This document shows positions 58,113 through 64,000 of a DNA stretch of 64,000 nt, in pieces. The first letter of the stretch is position 1; each line of letters begins with the position of its first letter. Made by a program: the position numbers and the translations under genes. The notes beneath the pieces were generated by a model that had not been told where the DNA came from, ran no database searches, and was given only the letters and a program-made list of their open reading frames with translations. The DNA lies in the NCBI GenBank assembly GCA_018821785.1, contig JAHJLI010000039.1, forward strand, positions 8,878 through 72,877, read 5' to 3'. The DNA comes from Pseudomonadota bacterium. Its GTDB lineage: Bacteria; Desulfobacterota; Desulfobulbia; Desulfobulbales; Desulfocapsaceae.

Positions 58113-58531
58113 GGCAACACCTCGGCGACTCCATTCACTTCAACCATTTCAAGGCAATTCTGCGGGCAAAATTCGACACATTGGCCACAATGAATACATA
58201 CGTAAACATTTCCTACCCGATCCCGGCAAATGGCATCCACCGGACAGGCCGCGATACAGTTGCCGCACTGAATACAGACATTTGCTTTAACGATGACCCC
58301 GCCACCTCGTCGATTGGTAAAGGCTCCGGTGGGACAGACCGCAGTACAGGGTGCGGGATCGCAGGCCAGACACCTGTTGGCGATAAAACCGGTGGAAAGG
58401 CCACCCGAGGAGTGAATGCGAATCCCCGAGGTTTGCCATGAGATCCTTTTATGGACCAGTCTGGCGCAGGCCAGAGCGCATGATTGACAACCGATACACT
58501 GGTCCATGCGGGGAGTTGTGAGTTGTTTCAT
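58109..58531 (-). CDS. 4Fe-4S dicluster ferredoxin (AOR partner)
   Basis: Four Cys clusters, including CIGCQSCALAC, CIQCGNCIAACP and CIHCGQCVEFCP; coupled to aor. Confidence 0.9.
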   Translation of the reverse strand: MKQLTTPRMDQCIGCQSCALACARLVHKRISWQTSGIRIHSSGGLSTGFIANRCLACDPAPCTAVCPTGAFTNRRGGGVIVKANVCIQCGNCIAACPVDAICRDRVGNVYVCIHCGQCVEFCPQNCLEMVEVNGVAEVLP

Positions 58532-58780
58532 AGGTATTTCTCTTTTACCTTAAGTTGACAGCAATTATGGAAATTTCATTCCATTATACACAAAAGCGGT
58601 TCAAAGAAGAACTGTTCACGGATGGAAGCGGTTTTCCTCTGTTCAATAGTCCATAACTCATTTACTGCACCAGCAGGCTTAGAAAAAAGAATTCTTCCTT
58701 TTTTATTGGGCTTGGGCTAGGTTTCCAAGAGAGTTATGGTCTTTGTCTGAAACCTCAGCAGATCGCGCAAATCCAACCAC

Positions 58781-59680
58781 ATGATTGACAACATCAAACG
58801 GAAATTACAGCTTTTCTTCCCAGGGGAACTCTTTTCTTCAAAAACCATTGAGGAAGATCTGGCAAACGGGGTTCTTCTCACCGGCAAAGAATCAATCCTG
58901 CCGTATCTGCAAACCGCTTTACTCGATGAAAAGGTGCTCGAAGTACAACTGGACGGCATGCCGATGGTCTACTTCTCCAGGCTCAAGGATGGCATACCTG
59001 TCCCTTTAGAAACTGACGTGGATGTTGATACCAATTCAACCCAATATGAATCCGAAGAGGGCGAATATCTAGCTGCCATGAGCAATATTGTGACCCTGCC
59101 GCTTGAGCCGGGCCTCGGCAACTTGCATCTTCGCTATTCCAGTCGTATTGTCTTAAGAATGTTCACCAGCACCTTTGCAGTCGAAATGGCTACGACCTTC
59201 GAGGATCTGGCAAAGGTTCACGATATTCCCGTCCTGTGCCTTGCCTTCCCCGAACTGGCCAGAATAGTCTACAATGCCAGGGAGTTCCGAGCCAAGGTGC
59301 CGGAGAGCTTAGACTTCGTATCATCAATAGAAATTGACGACGAAGGGTCGGAAATGGATACCCGGCCGGTAAATATCAGTATCCGTGGACTCTCCTTTTC
59401 CGTCAAAAAAAAGGAGCAGAAGCTATTCAAGGTAAATACCGTGTATTCGCTCAAACTGTTCGTGGAAGATGAGCTGTTGATAAGGATAAAGGGCACCGTT
59501 AGGTATTTCGCCAGAATACGCAAAAGGTCAGGAATAGAATACCTCTGCGGCATTGAATTCGATTTTCAAACCAAGATCCAGTCGGCTGTTATCGAATCGA
59601 TCGTAGCATTGGTCCAACGGGCTCACCTGAAAGAATTGGCAGAAAAATCGGATGCCACAGGCATAAACCTGATAGCCTAA
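58781..59680 (+). CDS. PilZ domain-containing protein
   Basis: C-terminal REFR...NISIRG...LCGIEF. Confidence 0.7.
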   Translation: MIDNIKRKLQLFFPGELFSSKTIEEDLANGVLLTGKESILPYLQTALLDEKVLEVQLDGMPMVYFSRLKDGIPVPLETDVDVDTNSTQYESEEGEYLAAMSNIVTLPLEPGLGNLHLRYSSRIVLRMFTSTFAVEMATTFEDLAKVHDIPVLCLAFPELARIVYNAREFRAKVPESLDFVSSIEIDDEGSEMDTRPVNISIRGLSFSVKKKEQKLFKVNTVYSLKLFVEDELLIRIKGTVRYFARIRKRSGIEYLCGIEFDFQTKIQSAVIESIVALVQRAHLKELAEKSDATGINLIA

Positions 59681-59687
59681 GCCCGAT

Positions 59688-59969
59688 ATGGAGTTTTTCA
59701 TTATACAAGGCGGATACCTCCCCTTACGTTGGAGACAGATGGTAAGATTCACCGTTCATACCCTAGGCGAACATCTCATCGACAATATGATTGTCACCGG
59801 CCCCTGCCGGGATATCATCATGACTATGGCTGAGATGTTTCTTGCCACCTATAACGGCCCGTCGAACGGCGATCTCGACTACGCTTTCGCCGAATATATT
59901 ATTGGAGTTTCAATGGGCCACGGCAAGATCCTCGACTGGCAGCCGTCTCCACCAGGAGAAATCCATTAA
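59688..59969 (+). CDS. Hypothetical protein; start may be 59739
   Basis: ORF downstream of the PilZ gene; no motif recognised. Confidence 0.5.
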   Translation: MEFFIIQGGYLPLRWRQMVRFTVHTLGEHLIDNMIVTGPCRDIIMTMAEMFLATYNGPSNGDLDYAFAEYIIGVSMGHGKILDWQPSPPGEIH

Positions 59970-59996
59970 CTACGCCAAACGGGATAAGTGTCCTTC

Positions 59997-61538
59997 TTAC
60001 CGGGGGGCTGACCACAGACGGGGTGTCGATTCAGTCGGAGAGGGTAAAGCGCAGGCCAGCCCGGCCATCATCCGTGGAATAAGGGCGACCTTGTCCTCGT
60101 CATCAACAGAAAACAGATCGACTATTGCACCGTTGTACATTACGCCGATACGATCTGCCAGGGCAAGGGCTTCGGCAAGATCGCCGGTAACCAGGAGAAT
60201 ACCGGCCTCTTCCCGCGCCTCAAGCAGCAGCTTCCAGACATCCTCGGTGGCGGCGATATCCAGCCCCTGGGTAGGCTGCTCGGCGACGATCAGCCGCGGC
60301 TTACGATAAAACTCCCGAGCCAACACCATTTTCTGCAGATTGCCTCCGGACAACTGCCAGGCAAAAGCATCCGGATCCAGCGGTCGAATGTCAAAGTCCT
60401 TCATCAACCGCGCAGCCTTGATTCCTGCCTGTCGTCGCATAAGCCAGGGGCCACGGACGAAGCCGCCACGGGTGGTAAGAAGAAAATTATCGACGAGTGT
60501 CAGCCCTTGACAGGTTGCCAGCCCTTGCCGGTCTTCCGGGATATAGGCCAGGGCCCTGTCCCATCCGGCCGTACGAAAAAACCTTGCCCATTCCAGTCCA
60601 AGAATGCGTAGACTATTATCGGTTGGCCGGCGCAGCCCGCTCACGATCTCAACCAGCTGTTTCTGGCCATTGCCGGCAACCCCAACCAGGCCGAGGATCT
60701 CACCCTGGCGCAGCTCAAAGTTCACGCCCCTCAGGCCATAATCGGAAAGATCATTGATCTTGAGCACAATCTGCCGCGGTTCGAGAGGCACGCGGTCGAC
60801 CTGCAGGAGAACCTCTCGCCCAACCATACATTCAGCAAGTTCGGCTATAGAAGAGACATCCGCCGCAGCCATCCCGGCGACAATCTCGCCCCTTCTGAGG
60901 ATCGCAATGGTATCGGCTATGGCCATGACTTCTTCGAGTTTGTGGCTGATAAAGACGATCCCCTTACCCTTGCCTACCATCAGCTTCATGGTGGCAAAGA
61001 GATTGTCCGCCTCGGCGGGAGTCAATACTGCAGTGGGTTCATCGAAGATGAGAATAGTGCTTTTGCGATGCAGGAGCTTGAGAATTTCCACCTGCTGTTT
61101 TTCACCCATCGATAGATCGCATATCCTCGCTGCCGGATTAACCTTCATGCCATATTGTTCAGCAAGAGCAGTCACCTCCCGGTGCATTTTTTTCCAGTTC
61201 AGCCACACCCCGCGGCCTTGGCCGAGGAAGATGTTTTCAGCAACAGTCATGGCATCGACCAGCTTGAAATGCTGATAAACCATGCCGATTCCAGCCGTTA
61301 TCGCCTTTTCCGTTGAGGTGAACTGAACCTTTTCTTCGCGCAGAAAAATAGCCCCGCTGTCCGGCTGAAGCTGACCGGCGAGTATCGCCATAAGGGTCGA
61401 TTTTCCAGCGCCGTTTTCACCGAGTAGAGCGAGGATCTTGCCTTCTTCCAGAGTCAGGGAGACATTGCGGTTGGCTTGCACCTTGCCAAAACTCTTGGAG
61501 ATGCCTTCCAGACGAATGAGCGGGAGTGCTCCCTTCAT
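59997..61538 (-). CDS. CUT2-type nucleoside ABC transporter ATP-binding protein
   Basis: GENGAGKS, LSMGEKQQ, FDEPT; second NBD LSGGNLQK. Confidence 0.92.
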   Translation of the reverse strand: MKGALPLIRLEGISKSFGKVQANRNVSLTLEEGKILALLGENGAGKSTLMAILAGQLQPDSGAIFLREEKVQFTSTEKAITAGIGMVYQHFKLVDAMTVAENIFLGQGRGVWLNWKKMHREVTALAEQYGMKVNPAARICDLSMGEKQQVEILKLLHRKSTILIFDEPTAVLTPAEADNLFATMKLMVGKGKGIVFISHKLEEVMAIADTIAILRRGEIVAGMAAADVSSIAELAECMVGREVLLQVDRVPLEPRQIVLKINDLSDYGLRGVNFELRQGEILGLVGVAGNGQKQLVEIVSGLRRPTDNSLRILGLEWARFFRTAGWDRALAYIPEDRQGLATCQGLTLVDNFLLTTRGGFVRGPWLMRRQAGIKAARLMKDFDIRPLDPDAFAWQLSGGNLQKMVLAREFYRKPRLIVAEQPTQGLDIAATEDVWKLLLEAREEAGILLVTGDLAEALALADRIGVMYNGAIVDLFSVDDEDKVALIPRMMAGLACALPSPTESTPRLWSAPR

Positions 61539-61540
61539 GT

Positions 61541-62029
61541 TCAGGGCCGCTCCTTGCCGGCCAGCGGCGTGACAAATTGCGACTCAGTATCCCAGGGAAA
61601 AAGAATCCAGGTGTCCTGACTCACCTCGGTGATAAAGGTGTCAACCAGGGGCCGCCCCGCTGGTTTGGCATAGACCGTGGCAAAATGTGCCTTGGGAACG
61701 ATCTCCCTGACAATCTTGGCGGTGCGGCCGGTATCAACGAGGTCGTCTATGAGCAGCCAGCCTTCGCCGTTGCCGTCCACTTTTTTCAGTATATCGGCTT
61801 CGCCCTTTTTATCCTTCCAGTCGTAGCTTGAGATGCAGATGGTATCGACCAGATGGATATCCAGCTCTCTCGCGATGATGGCCGCCGGCACCAGGCCACC
61901 GCGGGTGATGGCAATGATTCCTTTAAAAAAGTCCATACTGAGAAGACGCCAGGCGAGGGCCTTGGAGTCACGGTGCAACTGATCCCAGGAGATAGGGTAG
62001 GTTTTTCGGTAGGTGGCATTTGCAGACAT
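61541..62029 (-). CDS. gpt: Xanthine/guanine phosphoribosyltransferase
   Basis: [37 protein letters not shown]. Confidence 0.93.
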   Translation of the reverse strand: MSANATYRKTYPISWDQLHRDSKALAWRLLSMDFFKGIIAITRGGLVPAAIIARELDIHLVDTICISSYDWKDKKGEADILKKVDGNGEGWLLIDDLVDTGRTAKIVREIVPKAHFATVYAKPAGRPLVDTFITEVSQDTWILFPWDTESQFVTPLAGKERP

Positions 62030-62094
62030 AGGGTTTCCTTCAAAATAGTATTTATTGGTCGGATTCGCGACATTGTGCCCTGCAGCTTATACTC

Positions 62095-63015
62095 TTATTC
62101 GGCCGGTGCGATATTTATCCCAAGGGACGCCGGTGCATCGCTCGTTCTTTTCCGCCATGACGAAAGGACCAGGACAATGACGGTCAAGGCGTAAGGCAGC
62201 ATCAGCAGAATCGACGAAGACAGCTGGGTGCCCGAGGCCTGCATGCGCAACTGCAGCGCCATAATCCCCCCGAACAGGTAAGCGCCGAAGACTGCCCTGC
62301 CCGGTCGCCAAAAAGCGAAAATTACCAGGGCCACGGCAATCCATCCACGCCCTCCGGTAAGGTTGGTGGTCCACAGATGGGTATAGGCAAGGGACAGATA
62401 TGCCCCACCAAGGCCCATGAAAAAACCGCCGCCGACTATCCCGAGCCACCGGTAGGCCAGGACATTCAATCCTGCAGCAGTGGCTGCAGCCGGATATTCC
62501 CCCGCCGCCCTGAGACCAAGACCAAAACGGGTCCGGGCGAAAAACAACCACATTGCCGGTGGAATGAGGTAACTCACATATACCAGAACATCATGTTGAA
62601 AGAATATAGGTCCAATACCCGGAATATCAGATAGCAGAGGGACGGCAACAGGTGCAAAACCTGGCGCCGCCATGCCGATAAATGCGGTACCCAGATAATT
62701 GGCCAGACCGGTCCCGAGAATGGTCAGGGCCAAACCGGAAACAACCTGATTGCCCTGAAACCACAGACAAACCACGCCGTGAATGGCCGCGGCGAGACCG
62801 CCAATCAGGCCGGCCGCGAAAAAACCTAAAACAGGATTGCCGGTCTGTCGTGCAACAACGAATCCGGCCAGTGCTCCGAGAATCATCACCCCTTCCACAC
62901 CGAGATTGAGGACGCCGGATTTTTCAGTGAAGATCTCGCCCAGGGTGGCAAAAAGAATGGGAGTTCCCGACTGAACAGCTGCAGCCAAAAGAGCGATAAT
63001 GATCTGGCTGGTCAT
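62095..63015 (-). CDS. Nucleoside ABC transporter permease
   Basis: LGEIFTEKSGVLNLGVEG, GRGWIAVALVIF, MLPYALT. Confidence 0.92.
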   Translation of the reverse strand: MTSQIIIALLAAAVQSGTPILFATLGEIFTEKSGVLNLGVEGVMILGALAGFVVARQTGNPVLGFFAAGLIGGLAAAIHGVVCLWFQGNQVVSGLALTILGTGLANYLGTAFIGMAAPGFAPVAVPLLSDIPGIGPIFFQHDVLVYVSYLIPPAMWLFFARTRFGLGLRAAGEYPAAATAAGLNVLAYRWLGIVGGGFFMGLGGAYLSLAYTHLWTTNLTGGRGWIAVALVIFAFWRPGRAVFGAYLFGGIMALQLRMQASGTQLSSSILLMLPYALTVIVLVLSSWRKRTSDAPASLGINIAPAE

Positions 63016-64000
63016 TTTCCCACCCCCCAGGCAATTCGGTAGTGAGTGAACAGACCACCTGCAAGAACAGTCAGGAGAATCAAACCCTCGATGATCCCGC
63101 CAAAGGCCGCAGGCACCTGCAGATCGAGCTGCAGACTCTCGACGCCGACCCGTAAACCTGCCAGAAGGATGGCAGCGATGCCAATACTGAGGGGATGGAG
63201 GCGGGCAAGCCAGGCAACCACGATTGCGGTGTAGCCGTAACCGACCATAATGCTCGGTTGCAAACGATTCACCGTCGCCGACGCCTCAAGAAAACCAGCC
63301 CAACCGGCCAGGGCGCCGCTCATGACCATAACCAGGATCACCAGACGATCATAGGGAAGACCGGCATAGAGAGCCGCCCGAACATTATCGCCACTGGCCT
63401 TGATTTCAAAACCTATGCGGGTGAAACGAAAGAAGAGCCAAATCAGCAGACCAAGGATAACACAATGCGCCAGACCCCAGTTAATGGAGGTACCACCGAT
63501 CTTGCCGACAATTGCTTGCTCTGAAAACATCGGGGTCATCGGAAAGCCGAAACTGGTCGGATCTTTCCAAACTCCGTATACCAGGTAATCGAGGAAAAGG
63601 ATGGCAATATAGTTCATCATCAGGGTGACGATGATTTCATTGGTTTTCAAGTGCTGCCGAAGAAGCGCCGGTATCAAACCCCACAGGCCGCCGCAGGTCA
63701 TCGCCATGCCGATCATTGCCGGCAACAGCAGATATTTCGGCCACCCTGGAAAAGACAGGGCGATCCAGGTGGCACCGATCGCTCCAAGGGCAAATTGGCC
63801 TTCAGCGCCGATATTCCAGATTTTTAAACGAAAGGCCACTGCCACGCCGAGCGAACAAAGAAAAATCGGGATGGCCTTCAGCACACTGTCTTCCAAGGCC
63901 CAGCGAGAACCGAAGGCCCCCTGTAAAAGGACGCTGATTCCCCTGACCGGCGAGGTTCCTCCGAGTGACAGGAGAATGGCGCTGAGCAGAAGGGAAAGAC
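63012..64000 (-). CDS. Nucleoside ABC transporter permease (5'-partial, runs off window end)
   Basis: WNIGAEGQF, NEIIVTLMMNY, GYGYTAIVVAWLA; frame open to the window edge. Confidence 0.9.
   Translation of the reverse strand, partial: LSLLLSAILLSLGGTSPVRGISVLLQGAFGSRWALEDSVLKAIPIFLCSLGVAVAFRLKIWNIGAEGQFALGAIGATWIALSFPGWPKYLLLPAMIGMAMTCGGLWGLIPALLRQHLKTNEIIVTLMMNYIAILFLDYLVYGVWKDPTSFGFPMTPMFSEQAIVGKIGGTSINWGLAHCVILGLLIWLFFRFTRIGFEIKASGDNVRAALYAGLPYDRLVILVMVMSGALAGWAGFLEASATVNRLQPSIMVGYGYTAIVVAWLARLHPLSIGIAAILLAGLRVGVESLQLDLQVPAAFGGIIEGLILLTVLAGGLFTHYRIAWGVGK

Overview
This 64 kb bacterial chromosomal window looks like a sulfate-reducing Desulfobacterota/Desulfobulbales-type organism; that assignment is inferred from gene content (AOR, TRAP, many hybrid kinases, sigma54 sites), not proven. 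Main blocks: (1) a HisKA_2 kinase/response regulator pair and several secreted hypotheticals (1-6.8 kb); (2) a small cassette-like cluster containing rsgA, DUF1835 and a low-GC truC (6.9-10.5 kb); (3) an AsmA-like gene and an IS remnant; (4) a 13 kb signalling cluster (14.6-27.8 kb) with an orphan ABC-type binding protein, a hybrid kinase with three receiver domains, CheR, CheB and three more kinases, but no MCP/CheA/CheW and no DNA-binding output; (5) a decaying integron-like cassette array with no integrase in the window (about 31.3-38.0 kb), containing six attC-like sites and two antisense 3' remnants of group IIC introns; (6) a higBA module bracketed by a 39/40 bp direct repeat next to tRNA-Pro/tRNA-Asn; (7) core metabolism (39-64 kb): SDR, esterase plus acyltransferase-hydrolase fusion, AgrE-type ornithine cyclodeaminase with arginase, TRAP, FadR, CoA-transferase, cimA, mdh, AOR, and a purine nucleoside ABC transporter with gpt. 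The most notable unexplained signals are a ~75 bp two-hairpin element found three times in sense orientation upstream of genes, the intron remnants at attC positions, the MCP-free CheR/CheB kinase module, and the repeat-flanked higBA. All family assignments come from motif recognition by eye; no database searches were run.
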